From a virus (lineage: Duplodnaviria > Heunggongvirae > Uroviricota > Caudoviricetes): a stretch of 64,000 bases of DNA. The notes under the pieces were generated by a model, which was not told the origin of the DNA, did not search any database, and saw only the letters and a list, made by a program, of their open reading frames with translations. Below are positions 28,836-40,000 of this stretch, one piece after another (positions within the stretch are counted from its first letter, which is position 1; the number at the start of each line of letters is the position of its first letter). Position numbers and translations under genes: made by a program. The stretch covers positions 112,257 to 176,256 of IMG/VR virus record IMGVR_UViG_3300027833_000012. One strand, given 5' to 3'.

Positions 28836-30245
28836 TTATTGTTTATTATTTTCCCTTCTTCTTTCCATGGCTGCTGAAACTACGTCATTAACTCTCAATT
28901 GACCTTTAACTTCTCTATTAACAGAACTCTGTGTAAATGAAACACCTCTTTGTGATTCATTATCCATATCGATTTGTATTCTAGAGTTATCAAAAATTAT
29001 ATCCTCAAATACAACACCATCTTTACCGAATCTAGATTTAAGAATTGCCATAGTAGCGGTACCACTCTCTTTTTGGTCTTGAGTCTTAGCGATTGAAAGA
29101 ATAAAGTGACCAATTTGTGCTTTTTTAATCGAACCACCAAACATACTAGAATCAACAGTTTCAGCGTTTAACGAATCACGATTACCTTGAACCGCAGTCC
29201 ACCCAGCCATATCAAATTCTTTAAGCATTGTTTCGAATTGTCTCATAACATTACCTTCACCTTCCCAACTATTACTAAATTGTTTACTAGGTTGGACAAC
29301 ATCGATATAATCTAATATAACCACATCTGGTCTAAAACCTTGTGATATTAGTTTTTTAACATATTGCTTTATGATTGGGATAGTTGTACTATCAGATGAA
29401 AACCTCTTTAATCTTATCTCACCTGGCTCACTTTGCCTTTGTTTAACAACACCTAATACTTCATCAGAATGAAAACCTAAATCATTTAACTGATATTTAC
29501 CTTCCATCCAACAAGCAAAGTGTTTTCTTTGTATTTGTTTAACATCATCTTCGAAGAATATTTGTAACATATTATACCCTAAATTCTTACCATGGTTAAC
29601 CATTTTAGTTGTAATTGTTGTTTTACCAACACCAGTAGGTGCTAAAATTACAGCTAATTCACCCTTAGATAAACCACCATTCATAATATTATCTAAACCA
29701 TCAATACCAGTTGGTATAGGACTTCTAAAGTCCTCAGACAATACATTTTCTATGTTACTAAATACATCAACACCATCATCCTTAGCATTACCTACTTCTA
29801 ATGCTTTTTTAAGGATTTCTTCACATTCATGGTAACTATCTAAATCACCCTTTTCTATGATTTTTTCAATTTCTTTAACTGACTTCTTTAATTCTTGTTG
29901 TTTACAGAATTTCATTGCAGTATCTTGAGTTCTTTCACTATTATTTAAATTAGCGTCTTTAACTCTTTTCATGTGACTTAAATACATTTCTTTATCCACT
30001 TCATCAACAATATTTTCAAATATGATAGATTCCAGACTATTAACGTCTGGAATCACTTCATATTTTTCGTAATTATCTCTGATTTTACCCGAAATACTTC
30101 TTAAAAAAGTATCTTCAAAGTAATTTGGTTTTAGAATATCGATAATACTTTCACCGAACCTTCTATCAACCAAAATTTGTTGCATTAATCTATATTGGAA
30201 GTCTAAACCTAAATACCCTAGGTTATTTTTATTAATTTTACTCAT
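28836..30245 (-). CDS. DnaB-like replicative helicase (T4 gp41-type)
   Basis: IPTGIDGLDNIMNGGLSKGELAVILAPTGVGKT Walker A; VVILDYID Walker B; WTAVQGNR; LKSRFG. Confidence 0.9.
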   Translation of the reverse strand: MSKINKNNLGYLGLDFQYRLMQQILVDRRFGESIIDILKPNYFEDTFLRSISGKIRDNYEKYEVIPDVNSLESIIFENIVDEVDKEMYLSHMKRVKDANLNNSERTQDTAMKFCKQQELKKSVKEIEKIIEKGDLDSYHECEEILKKALEVGNAKDDGVDVFSNIENVLSEDFRSPIPTGIDGLDNIMNGGLSKGELAVILAPTGVGKTTITTKMVNHGKNLGYNMLQIFFEDDVKQIQRKHFACWMEGKYQLNDLGFHSDEVLGVVKQRQSEPGEIRLKRFSSDSTTIPIIKQYVKKLISQGFRPDVVILDYIDVVQPSKQFSNSWEGEGNVMRQFETMLKEFDMAGWTAVQGNRDSLNAETVDSSMFGGSIKKAQIGHFILSIAKTQDQKESGTATMAILKSRFGKDGVVFEDIIFDNSRIQIDMDNESQRGVSFTQSSVNREVKGQLRVNDVVSAAMERRRENNKQ

Positions 30246-30302
30246 TATTATTTTTAAAACTTATGTTAATATAAATATACCCTTAAACCTTAATATTATA
30301 AT

Positions 30303-30800
30303 TTACGAAGTTATTTTTTCTTCAGAAACCATAGTGTAATCACGTAGACTCATGTATGTCTCAATCTCACGAATTATTTTAGGTATAATATCTCTAATAT
30401 TAACAGCATGTCTAACATCTTTTTGGAACCAATTTCCAGAAAATTGAGAGCTTGCAACAACTTTTTTATCCACTTTAATTTGGAACGTGAAAACATCTTC
30501 ATTTTCGAAAATATCTCTTGTATTAGCTGGTTTAACATATTCCCTATAAGGGTTATAATGTGTCCAAGCTACATTTTGACATAAATCTTTAAAATAATTA
30601 GGGATAATACCTAACGCACCGATATCATTGGTATTCATACTGGTTATATTTTCCATCAATTCTTTCAATTCAATTGATTTTAAGACATCTTTATTATAAC
30701 GCTTAACATCAAATAACCTCTGACAGATTATATTTTTATTAATACATAGGTTAAACTCGAATCTAAAATCATCCCAAAAATTTTTCTCTTTACTACTCAT
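30303..30800 (-). CDS. Hypothetical protein (165 aa)
   Basis: ORF in replication operon. Confidence 0.6.
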   Translation of the reverse strand: MSSKEKNFWDDFRFEFNLCINKNIICQRLFDVKRYNKDVLKSIELKELMENITSMNTNDIGALGIIPNYFKDLCQNVAWTHYNPYREYVKPANTRDIFENEDVFTFQIKVDKKVVASSQFSGNWFQKDVRHAVNIRDIIPKIIREIETYMSLRDYTMVSEEKITS

Positions 30801-30806
30801 ATTTAT

Positions 30807-31862
30807 TTATTTAAATTTATTATTTTTTTCTCTTTCAATTAACCTTTTAAATGGTAATAGGTAATCATTAAATCTATATTCACCTAACACTTTGTCAATA
30901 CCATCACCCTTTAACATTCTATACACTTCCTTTATACTCCTATCTTCACTAAGTGGTGAGTCAATTAACTCTTCAACTTGTTCTAAAGCATCTTCAGTCA
31001 ACAAAGGTACTGATAAATCAACCAATTTCCTATTAATTTCGTAAATATCTTTACCTTGAATACCTAAAGTATTGGAGTTGATAATATTATCTAAAGCCTT
31101 TAAGGGTTTTTTCTTATTTGATAACCTTTCATTTTGTATTTGGTTAGCCCTTTCTAGAATAAACTCTAAATCAACTTTCTTTTCCATTAACTCTGGAAAG
31201 TGTTTTAACAATGTCGTTTCTTTTATACCACTAATACCTTTTATACAATCAGAATCATCACCAGCTATAATCTTAATTAACGCTGAATTATCAAGGTGAT
31301 GTTTAAAAAAATTATTATAATTACTATTTGTAAGATACTCTTTTTTATCTAACAAATAAATTCTAACATCTTCATTAATTAACTGACATAAATCTCTATC
31401 ACTCGTGACTATTGTTATTTTTTCATTACTTTTTTTGATACTGCAATAATACGCAATAAAATCGTCACTTTCAACTTCTGGGTGTAATAATTGTCTAACA
31501 AATAATTCCTCTAGATAGTTAAATACCATACCTCTTTGAATTACTTCATTATAATCATCTGGTTTGGTACCGTTTATGTAATCTTTACCACGATTTGATT
31601 TATAATCCTTATAAAAATTCCATCTTAATTTACCTGAGAAATTTCCATCCCAGAAAACAAAAACTTTGTGATATAAATTATCTTCTAGTAGTTTTCTTAA
31701 AACTGTTAAGAATTGGTAAATACCTCCGATAGGTTTACCTTCTGAATTGTATTGGTTTTTAGCACCGATAAAGCCCCTTTTATAAAGGGCATTACCGTCT
31801 ACTAATAATATTTCTTGTTTTTTAATTACCTTACCTTTTCTTGGTGGGAGTTTTCTACTCAT
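30807..31862 (-). CDS. 5'-3' exonuclease / flap endonuclease (T4 RNase H-like)
   Basis: LLVDGNAL, VFWDG, YKSNR, VESDDFIA, TSDRDLCQL, AGDDSDCIKGISGI (PIN + H3TH motifs). Confidence 0.9.
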   Translation of the reverse strand: MSRKLPPRKGKVIKKQEILLVDGNALYKRGFIGAKNQYNSEGKPIGGIYQFLTVLRKLLEDNLYHKVFVFWDGNFSGKLRWNFYKDYKSNRGKDYINGTKPDDYNEVIQRGMVFNYLEELFVRQLLHPEVESDDFIAYYCSIKKSNEKITIVTSDRDLCQLINEDVRIYLLDKKEYLTNSNYNNFFKHHLDNSALIKIIAGDDSDCIKGISGIKETTLLKHFPELMEKKVDLEFILERANQIQNERLSNKKKPLKALDNIINSNTLGIQGKDIYEINRKLVDLSVPLLTEDALEQVEELIDSPLSEDRSIKEVYRMLKGDGIDKVLGEYRFNDYLLPFKRLIEREKNNKFK

Positions 31863-31886
31863 TTTTCCTATTTAAAGGGTTATACA

Positions 31887-32987
31887 TTAAGCTTTTTCGT
31901 CTTCGGTATCAAATGTACCTTCCTCATCATAAAAGTCTATCTGAGTGTCGTAATCTACATTAAGAGCCTCGTGAATAAACTTCCTATGTTTGGTTTTGTA
32001 ATCATTTATCTCAGCTGGGTTAACATACCCGTGAGGTGTTGATGCAATCGTACCACTTCTTTCAATACCTGTTACGTGATTTTTTTCACATCTAATTTTA
32101 GTTTCAGTACCAAATTGAAAGTCTTGACCTAGAGCCTTAGCTTTTAATTTTTTAGTACCATGTGTTAAAATACCACCTAAATGAACTATTATTCTAGAGT
32201 TGAAGAACATAAACTCACCACCTTTGTGTTTAATAACAACACCATTCATACTGTCAAGCCATATTTTCTGAACACATATAAATGTATTTATGAATTCACT
32301 ATCAATATCCCTACTTGCTGGAATTTTAAAATTAACAAGTGATTGGAATGCACCCATAGCACCAGCGTTCCACATGTTATTACTAGCATTAGATACTGCT
32401 GACTTATAACAATTAAGTGTCCCAATAGAATCCCAAAGGAAACAAATATTTTTAGGAAATTTACCTTCTGTTTGTAAATCAATCAACCTATTCATGTATA
32501 ATGCAACATCTTCGATAACAGGTTCACCTCTGGTAACTTTACTCATTTCTTTACTCTCTTTATGACAGTAATTTTTAAATTTTTTGTAAATATCTTGGTT
32601 TCTAAGTAACATGAAACCATCTGGTTTTTCAATAATTTCACCAGTTTCTTCATTCACAACTTCAATGTATTTAACCCCACATAATTTAGCGTGTGACCAA
32701 CTCCAATTTCCTTCCGTTTCAAATACAACACAGAAGTCACCGATTTTTTGTGCACCAGCAATTGCTTCGTAAAATGCTGTAGATTTACCAGTATTAGAAT
32801 AACCTCTAACAAGACTAACAAAACCCCTTGGGAATCCTGGAAGCTTTAGTGAATCATGCCATGCTTTAGATAATGGCACCCATGTTAAATCTTTGTCAGT
32901 AGGTTCACTTACTAAACCTTCATCTTCTAAGAATGCATCTAAGTCAAAAGCTTTTTTCTCAATAACCTTTTTAGGTCCTTTTTTCAT
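31887..32987 (-). CDS. uvsX: RecA/UvsX-like recombinase
   Basis: GFPRGFVSLVRGYSNTGKS Walker A; FETEG; FLWDSIG Walker B; CEKNHV. Confidence 0.85.
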   Translation of the reverse strand: MKKGPKKVIEKKAFDLDAFLEDEGLVSEPTDKDLTWVPLSKAWHDSLKLPGFPRGFVSLVRGYSNTGKSTAFYEAIAGAQKIGDFCVVFETEGNWSWSHAKLCGVKYIEVVNEETGEIIEKPDGFMLLRNQDIYKKFKNYCHKESKEMSKVTRGEPVIEDVALYMNRLIDLQTEGKFPKNICFLWDSIGTLNCYKSAVSNASNNMWNAGAMGAFQSLVNFKIPASRDIDSEFINTFICVQKIWLDSMNGVVIKHKGGEFMFFNSRIIVHLGGILTHGTKKLKAKALGQDFQFGTETKIRCEKNHVTGIERSGTIASTPHGYVNPAEINDYKTKHRKFIHEALNVDYDTQIDFYDEEGTFDTEDEKA

Positions 32988-33015
32988 AATTTATTTATTT
33001 ATTAAGTTAGATAAC

Positions 33016-33038
33016 AATGGGTGCTATTAACACCCATT
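33016..33038 (-). terminator. Stem-loop between SSB and UvsX genes
   Basis: aatgggtg-ctattaa-cacccatt inverted repeat. Confidence 0.55.
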
Positions 33039-33059
33039 ATTATAATTTATTATTTTATT

Positions 33060-34028
33060 TTAGAAAGGTAAATCATCATCATCATCTTCTGGTTGTAAAC
33101 CACCACTTTGAACTTGACTTTGATTAACATCAACTTGAGTAGTTTGTGGTGTTGTAGGTGTTTCAGATAAAAAACTATCACCACCCATTCTTAATTCAGA
33201 ATCATAATCATCATTATCTAATTTTTCAGATTCTGCCGCTATTCTTTCACGTTTCTCTTTACTAACGAACATTTCTTTAGCTTTATCATAAACAGGTGTT
33301 TCTCCTGTAACAACTATAGCTAAATAATCATAATTCCTAATACTATACACATCTCTCCAAGTTCTATTATCATTTAACCAAGTGTTCATTTGATTCTCAT
33401 CATCACTAAGTTTTGTTGATTCTAACGGATAAGTTATAGATTGAATTACAGGTCTATTTTCAGTATCTCTAGCTAAATTTATTTGTATATCTCTACCAGT
33501 AATTGGGTCAGTAATATCATGCTTAACAGCACCCATAACACCCATTATTTTATCTAAGGTACCAGTTTTTCTGTAATCGTGATTAAATCTCCAAAATCTA
33601 ATACCATTTACACTAGATTCTCTAGTCTCATCACTTGTAAAATCTAAAGCATCTCTATCGATAACTTTTAGGATATACATTTTCTTTACATTATAGGTTT
33701 TAGCTAATTTTTTATCACTATCTTTACCAGTGGCTAATAGTGCTTCTCTAGCTTCACAGAATGGACATTCTTTACCTTCTTCATGCTTTAAACAAGCAAA
33801 TGTTTTCCATTTACCATCTATTTTGATTTTATGTCCCATTTTAATAATCCATGGAACTTTAGAACCTTCTGTTGGAGGAAGTATTCTTACGTTTTTTGTA
33901 GCGGCTAAAACTCCGTCTTCTAAATACGTACTGAAGTAATTCTTTAAGTTGTACTTCTTAACTGTACTTATTTTTTTGTTGTGAGAGTCTTCGTAACTCT
34001 TCATCATGTCATTATAAACATCACTCAT
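33060..34028 (-). CDS. Single-stranded DNA-binding protein (T4 gp32-like)
   Basis: VRILPP, GHKIK...FACLK...ECPFCE Zn-site, acidic tail ending DDDDDLPF; neighbour of UvsX. Confidence 0.85.
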   Translation of the reverse strand: MSDVYNDMMKSYEDSHNKKISTVKKYNLKNYFSTYLEDGVLAATKNVRILPPTEGSKVPWIIKMGHKIKIDGKWKTFACLKHEEGKECPFCEAREALLATGKDSDKKLAKTYNVKKMYILKVIDRDALDFTSDETRESSVNGIRFWRFNHDYRKTGTLDKIMGVMGAVKHDITDPITGRDIQINLARDTENRPVIQSITYPLESTKLSDDENQMNTWLNDNRTWRDVYSIRNYDYLAIVVTGETPVYDKAKEMFVSKEKRERIAAESEKLDNDDYDSELRMGGDSFLSETPTTPQTTQVDVNQSQVQSGGLQPEDDDDDLPF

Positions 34029-34138
34029 AATAATAAAAATTTAATTGTTTTTTGTTATTTAATATTCGTAATATGCTTTTTTTTTAATAATCTTAGTTTG
34101 TAATCTTAGCGTAATATGAATAAATTTTTATATACTTA

Positions 34139-34167
34139 AATATACTAAATATCAAGTCAAAAGTAAA
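34139..34167 (-). promoter_or_regulatory. Second (proximal) promoter candidate for SSB
   Basis: Minus strand TTTACT-N17-TATATT(TA). Confidence 0.4.
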
Positions 34168-34201
34168 GTAAATTTACATATTTTTTAACCTTTTATTTCA
34201 A

Positions 34202-34232
34202 CAAATATACTACTTTTATTAGCTAATTGCAA
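34202..34232 (-). promoter_or_regulatory. Bacteroidota-type promoter upstream of SSB/replication operon
   Basis: Minus strand TTG-N20-TATATTTG. Confidence 0.65.
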
Positions 34233-34243
34233 TGTTATGATAA

Positions 34244-34278
34244 AAAAAAAGGAGAACTAAATTAGTTCTCCTTTTTTT
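34244..34278. terminator. Rho-independent terminator (bidirectional shape)
   Basis: A-run ggagaacta-aat-tagttctcc T-run. Confidence 0.85.
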
Positions 34279-34293
34279 ATCTTTTTTATTATT

Positions 34294-35037
34294 TTAAAAT
34301 ATATCTTCCTCTTCGTATGGGTTTTCGTTAAAGCTATTCTTAATACTTGATTCAGAATAATCACCATCAACATCACTTCTATTTAAAATATATTCTTCAG
34401 GTTCTGAGCCTTTGTTTAATACATCGTATTGTCCTTCTTGGTCTGACCAAAAATCAGTTAATTTCATATTATATGGTGCAGAGTCTAAGGACCTTAAATC
34501 TAGTTTTTCATCTTCTGTTGGGACTCTTTTTTCTAACTCATTTTCAAGGTTATCAATCTTAGATGATATGTCAGTCATTGAAGAAACTTGTTTTTCAAGA
34601 TTATCTATCATACCCATTAATTGACCTAATTTTTGATTAGCCATATCAGCAGACATCTTAGCTTCTTCAGTACCCTTAACTATTTCAGTTACGTCTAATT
34701 CAACCTCATCCGATTCTGGTTCCATTTCCATATCATCAATAGGTTCTCCAGCGTCTAAACCTTCTATTGATTCATCTTCTTCTGGTTCCATTTCTTCTTC
34801 TGGTTCTACATCACCTTCTTCTGAATTTTCATCATCCAAATCTAATTCAGCTTCAATATCTTCAGAATCAATGTCAACTTCTTCTTCATCTTCTTCTAAA
34901 CTATTACCTAAGATTATTTCCTGACCTTTTAAATCTTTTTCATTAGGTCTATCTTCATGAAACCTAAATTCAGAAATCATTTTAAACCTCTTAAGTTCTT
35001 CCTTTAGTAAATCTTTTTTTGTATTTTCTTTACTCAT
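34294..35037 (-). CDS. Acidic coiled-coil protein, possible head-internal/scaffold protein
   Basis: Glu/Asp-rich N-half, DLLKEELKRFK N-terminus, coiled-coil C-half. Confidence 0.5.
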   Translation of the reverse strand: MSKENTKKDLLKEELKRFKMISEFRFHEDRPNEKDLKGQEIILGNSLEEDEEEVDIDSEDIEAELDLDDENSEEGDVEPEEEMEPEEDESIEGLDAGEPIDDMEMEPESDEVELDVTEIVKGTEEAKMSADMANQKLGQLMGMIDNLEKQVSSMTDISSKIDNLENELEKRVPTEDEKLDLRSLDSAPYNMKLTDFWSDQEGQYDVLNKGSEPEEYILNRSDVDGDYSESSIKNSFNENPYEEEDIF

Positions 35038-35049
35038 CTTAAGTTGGTA

Positions 35050-35235
35050 TTAAAATAGTAGTTCTCTACCGTCTTCAGTTATTATTTTTTTATTTATTCT
35101 TTCAAGTAAACTTTTATCACCCTTAATAACGCAAGTACCAGAACTACAGTCCATTTCTTGGTTATTAGTTTTAGAATCTTCGTTAGTTAAGAAGTTATCT
35201 ACAGCTTTTCCTATTTTTTTATTTTTATCGTTCAT
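35050..35235 (-). CDS. Hypothetical protein (61 aa)
   Basis: ORF preceded by TATTTAT motif; CSSGTC motif. Confidence 0.55.
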   Translation of the reverse strand: MNDKNKKIGKAVDNFLTNEDSKTNNQEMDCSSGTCVIKGDKSLLERINKKIITEDGRELLF

Positions 35236-35283
35236 TGTTTGTTAAATTAAAAACATTGTTATAGTAATAAATACTTAAAAATA

Positions 35284-35682
35284 CTAAAAAATACGTTTTA
35301 TGTTAGATATTCTTAATTCATTATTATTATATAATAAAATTTTATTTTGGTATTTATCCCAATCAATCTTTATCGATTTGTAATTTATATTACCTAATTC
35401 ACCATCACACTCCGATTCAATTAATTTATTTAAGGCATTTATAGTGTAAATTGCATTACCTCTTTTGTGTATTAATATAGCATTAGGGAATAAATGTTTG
35501 AAGTTTACCTTCTTATCACTTAATTTAAATTTAAATGTGACAATAAATTTAGATTCATCATCTAAATTTTGGAATACGAATACATGTTCTTTAGGGATAT
35601 CAAACTTTGATTCCAGATAAGAGATGAACCATTCTAATCTTTCAGGGAAAATAAAAGATGCAATTAATATTTTTCTATTCAT
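35284..35682 (-). CDS. Hypothetical protein (132 aa)
   Basis: ORF overlapping upstream gene end. Confidence 0.6.
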   Translation of the reverse strand: MNRKILIASFIFPERLEWFISYLESKFDIPKEHVFVFQNLDDESKFIVTFKFKLSDKKVNFKHLFPNAILIHKRGNAIYTINALNKLIESECDGELGNINYKSIKIDWDKYQNKILLYNNNELRISNIKRIF

Positions 35683-36274
35683 AATTATTTATAGAGTATA
35701 ATAGTGGGATATACTTAATTTGATTGTTAAGTATTTCTAATTCGTTATTATACTTTATAAATAGCCTTTCATTATCTAAAAAGACCGAGGATAAACCTTT
35801 TATTTTATTCATTAATTTATTAACGTCACCCTTGATAAACTTAACTTGTTTTAAATCAACACCAAATATATATTTATCACTATAAACATATACCATATCT
35901 TTGTGTTTAAAGGTTATTATTTTATCTGTTTGACCTATTTTGTTGAATATTTTAGATATACTATCTTTACTGTATGTTATCATATCAACAAATAAATAAC
36001 TTATTTCACTAACTAAAAATTTATAACAATTTTCAGTAAAATAATATAAATCTTCTTCAAATAAATGTCTCCTAACATCTTTATTAAATGTCCAATAAAG
36101 TGTGTCACTTAATTTTCTACATACAAAGTCAGGGTTAGGTTCTATTTTTTTTATATTTGAGATACCCACTACTAATGTAGGTATCCCTTCAATAATATCA
36201 TCAATAGAGGAAACTAAGTTAATATTTTTATTAACCCTAATTTTTTTATCCGTAACTATATTACCTATCTTCAT
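35675..36274 (-). CDS. Hypothetical protein (199 aa)
   Basis: ORF with its own host-type promoter immediately upstream. Confidence 0.6.
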   Translation of the reverse strand: MKIGNIVTDKKIRVNKNINLVSSIDDIIEGIPTLVVGISNIKKIEPNPDFVCRKLSDTLYWTFNKDVRRHLFEEDLYYFTENCYKFLVSEISYLFVDMITYSKDSISKIFNKIGQTDKIITFKHKDMVYVYSDKYIFGVDLKQVKFIKGDVNKLMNKIKGLSSVFLDNERLFIKYNNELEILNNQIKYIPLLYSINNYE

Positions 36275-36278
36275 ATTG

Positions 36279-36310
36279 CAAATATACGAAATTAATTAAT
36301 ATAATACAAA
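36279..36310 (-). promoter_or_regulatory. Bacteroidota-type promoter, probably yielding a leaderless mRNA
   Basis: Minus strand TTTG-N20-TATATTTG-CAAT-ATG. Confidence 0.7.
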
Positions 36311-36313
36311 ATA

Positions 36314-37000
36314 TTATTCAGTATCTTCATCTGATTGAAAAGAAACATCATAAACTTCTGTTGAGAGTCTTCTTTCTGAATAACGCTCACCCCCTGGACC
36401 CTTACAACTACCTACTGATTTTATACAGTTACCATACTTATCATATTTAATACATTTACAATTACTTAGAGCAGTTGGGAAAGGGAAGTACCCAGTTTTC
36501 CATAATTCAAAACCACTACCTAATTTATTTATTAATCTATCGAAATCAAATGTGTATGGGTCACTTTTTCTACCTGGTGAAACCCAATGGTGTCCAGTAA
36601 TAAATTGTATGTTAGGTAAACTTAACTTTAAATCTAAGATTAATTTATAACAAGAGTCAAACATTTCTTCTGTAAATTCAGATGATTCTGTTTTAACAAA
36701 TGATATACCAATACTTGTACTATTTGTGTATGGTCCGTTAGGTCCATATGACATACCACCATGACTAACTTTTTTATTTACAGGTGCCCCTTGTATTATA
36801 TTACCATTCTTTTCTATTAAAAAATGATAACCTAATCTATTTATATTTAACGTGTTAACAGCCCCACTAACCGAAGAACCACCTGTCCAATGTAAAACAA
36901 CAGTGTTAACTTTATCTAAATTTCTTGATGTATAGTTAAAAAATGGTGTCATTATCGAAAAATTATCACCACTTAAATTTGTAAATTCTTGTATTTTCAT
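36314..37000 (-). CDS. N-acetylmuramoyl-L-alanine amidase (Amidase_2/AmpD-like)
   Basis: VVLHWT, GYHFLIEKNG, SHGG, NSTSIGI, ITGHHWVSPGRKSDP Zn-amidase motifs. Confidence 0.9.
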   Translation of the reverse strand: MKIQEFTNLSGDNFSIMTPFFNYTSRNLDKVNTVVLHWTGGSSVSGAVNTLNINRLGYHFLIEKNGNIIQGAPVNKKVSHGGMSYGPNGPYTNSTSIGISFVKTESSEFTEEMFDSCYKLILDLKLSLPNIQFITGHHWVSPGRKSDPYTFDFDRLINKLGSGFELWKTGYFPFPTALSNCKCIKYDKYGNCIKSVGSCKGPGGERYSERRLSTEVYDVSFQSDEDTE

Positions 37001-37010
37001 CGTTTATTTA

Positions 37011-40000
37011 TTATAATTCTATTATTATACCATTTATACCATTATCATTGTCATCACCATTGTCATCACTATTGGATGGTATTATCTTAAAGTCTTTTCG
37101 TGTCCCTTCATTAGATTTAGTTCCACCAACTTTTTCAGCTGAACCACCACCATCTAATGGACCTAATAAATCCATAAATAGTGTTGGTGCATCAACTAGA
37201 GGTGTTTTTCCAGCTTTTACCCTAACACCTTTCATCTTTGTGGTCATATTATGTGCCTTTATACTATGAGTAACCTTAGTTATCATGTATGCACCTCTAA
37301 ATAAAGGTATATCATTTAAATGGAAATACATCATTGGTTGAACCATAGCATTTCCCATCATTTCTATTTCTGTTGAATAAGACCTTTTTTGATACACATT
37401 AAATAGATTCTGACCAACATAAGATGGGCTTCTCTTATTAGCATCTTTAGATATATCTTCAATTATTTGTAATGATTCAGCAGTTTCAGAAAATTCCCTT
37501 TGGTCTAGTTTAATATCCTTAAAAAAACTTTGATTATCTCTACCGTAACTAACGGCAATCATAGGTATATTTAAATCACCATCACCAATCTTTTGATTTA
37601 AAAAATCTACAGGAGCACCATCTGGATTACCGTTAGCGTATCTTATATAAACACCATCATCTGGATGTTGATAACTGTTACCCATATTTAAATTTGTTGA
37701 GGTTTGACCAATATATGTACATACAAATGATGGACCCACTTCTAATTTACCATCATTATTAGCTAAATCATTGTATGTGTACGGTTTAAACATATCAGCA
37801 ACATCATCTACATTATTAAAATTAACAAAGGATGGTAAAGCTATGAAATTAAAATTATTATCTGATAATACTCTGTTAGATAAATCAAAGAAACTTTGAT
37901 TATAATTATTAACAATTAAATCACTTACAGCTAATGGATTAATATAAAACTCATCACCTATACTTGTAAAAGCTCTATCTAAAAACCTAAATGAATCTAT
38001 TAATCTAGGTTCACTATTTCTTTCTTTTTTGGCTATTTTCGTATCATAACTACTAACACCACATTGACCAAAAATTGATTTTGAATCCCCTAACCATTTA
38101 TTATATATTGATGATAGAGTTCTATATAAATTTAATTTTATAGCATCATTATCAACACTCTTAAATAACTTATTTTCTAAATCACTAGTTTCATTATCCT
38201 CACCACTACGCCATTTCTTTGCTAAGGATTTAAATTCATTACAAAAATTATCTAAAAATAAATCGAACTCAACTTTAGGTACAATAATATCCTCGTAACC
38301 AACACCACTTGTTGTGGTTACCCTAGAGTTAAATGCTTTAGGGTTGTTGTTTAAAATAACATTATTAGCCTTTAATAAATTATTAAGAATTTTATTACCC
38401 TTAGCAGTTGGTTTTAATTTTAAATTAATCTGATAAATGTTACTACCAACATCATTATTTTTATTCCATGGGTATTCACTTAACGGACTAATATCTGAAT
38501 ATGAGTCTAAAACATGTGAGTTTAATTTACCCTCATCTATTAATGTTTGTATCCCAGATTTACTAATTTTATAACTTTTTTGAATACCATTTGGAAATGT
38601 AAATTCTTCTTTTAAACTATTTATTTCACCCCATAAGTTATCGAAACCAACTAATGAAGTTACATTAAATATCTCTAAATTATCTTTTAATAATTTAAAA
38701 TCACCCTTATTAGCAAAATCAGTAAATGAATTAATAAAAGCATCTTTTATTTGTTTTGGTAACCTTAATAAAATTTCATCAACTTTAGGGTATTCATTAT
38801 CATCATTAAAATCTAATAATAACCCGAAACTACTATTTTGGTTAGCCCTTGAACGAATGTACTCATCATGTCTAGGAACTCTAGACTCACTTTTCTGCCA
38901 TGCACATAAAGGGTCTGAATTATCATCCTTAAATGTTATTATATCATCACCATTTAAACCTTGTTGATATCTATAAAGTAACGAACCTATAAATGCACAC
39001 CATAATTTAGGGGCTTTTATAAATGATGCATTTGCACCAAATAAACCTTTAAGTAAAAATGTTTCATCCTTATCTCTAAATGATTTACTATCCCCATCAC
39101 TATTAGTATTAATACCGTCAAATAAACTAACCCCTTCATCAATAAAGTAATAAAAATCAGTTTCAATTTGTTCACCAATAATCCCTTCCCATCCGAATGT
39201 GTTTAAGAATAGGAAAGCTTTAGCTTCAATACTTTTTTGACCGTAATAAAACCTACTACCAAAAAGACTAAAGTAATTACAGAAACTACCAAGTATTTGA
39301 TTACCATCATTAATCCCAAAATCAATAAAAGGAGTATATATATCATCCACATTATTATCATTTTTAGTTTCACCGTATAAATCACCCAATATTTCCCTTT
39401 GTTTACCAAATTCACTAGGTAAATCAGTAGAACTTAATCTTCTATTTAGATTAGATGTTTTATATTTTGGGGTACCACAACCTTTACAAAAGTATGAATC
39501 AGTTTCATCATAATTTTTATCCTCACCTTTTTTAAATCTAGCTAAATAATTTCCACCAAAATTATCTGAGTTAAAACCTTTTGATTCTGTAATTTCATTA
39601 AAATAACCTATCGTTACGGAAGCTACGCCTTCGTTAGCCCCATCTTTTTTGTATTTAGGTGTACTATCATCAAAATTTAAATCGAACAACTCCTGGGCGT
39701 TGTAACGGCCTGAGTATGGATTTAACGTTGATAATCTAATTTTATCATATGCAGCACCTAAAGTTGTACTTGAATTAACAAGTGTTGTCTTAGGGATTAC
39801 CTTGTAATAGTCTGTCATTATATCCCCACTAGTATTTGGTGCTGTTGGGTTATTAGAATTATATTTAGTTTCACTAAGTATTTCAAAATATTTTGACCCA
39901 TCATCATAATCCTCTGTCTTATTACCTAGACCACCAAAATTATTACCAATAAATAATGTACTATTCCCTAACCTTTTTAAATCATCAATTGATTTTAAAC

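Noticed and set aside
25677-30245. Inteins/introns in RNR or helicase
   Set aside because: Lengths are normal, catalytic motifs are contiguous, and no homing endonuclease or splice motifs were seen
37001-37013. Readthrough fusing hub protein to amidase
   Set aside because: A TAA stop followed by 10 nt leaves the amidase out of frame, and there is no slippery site
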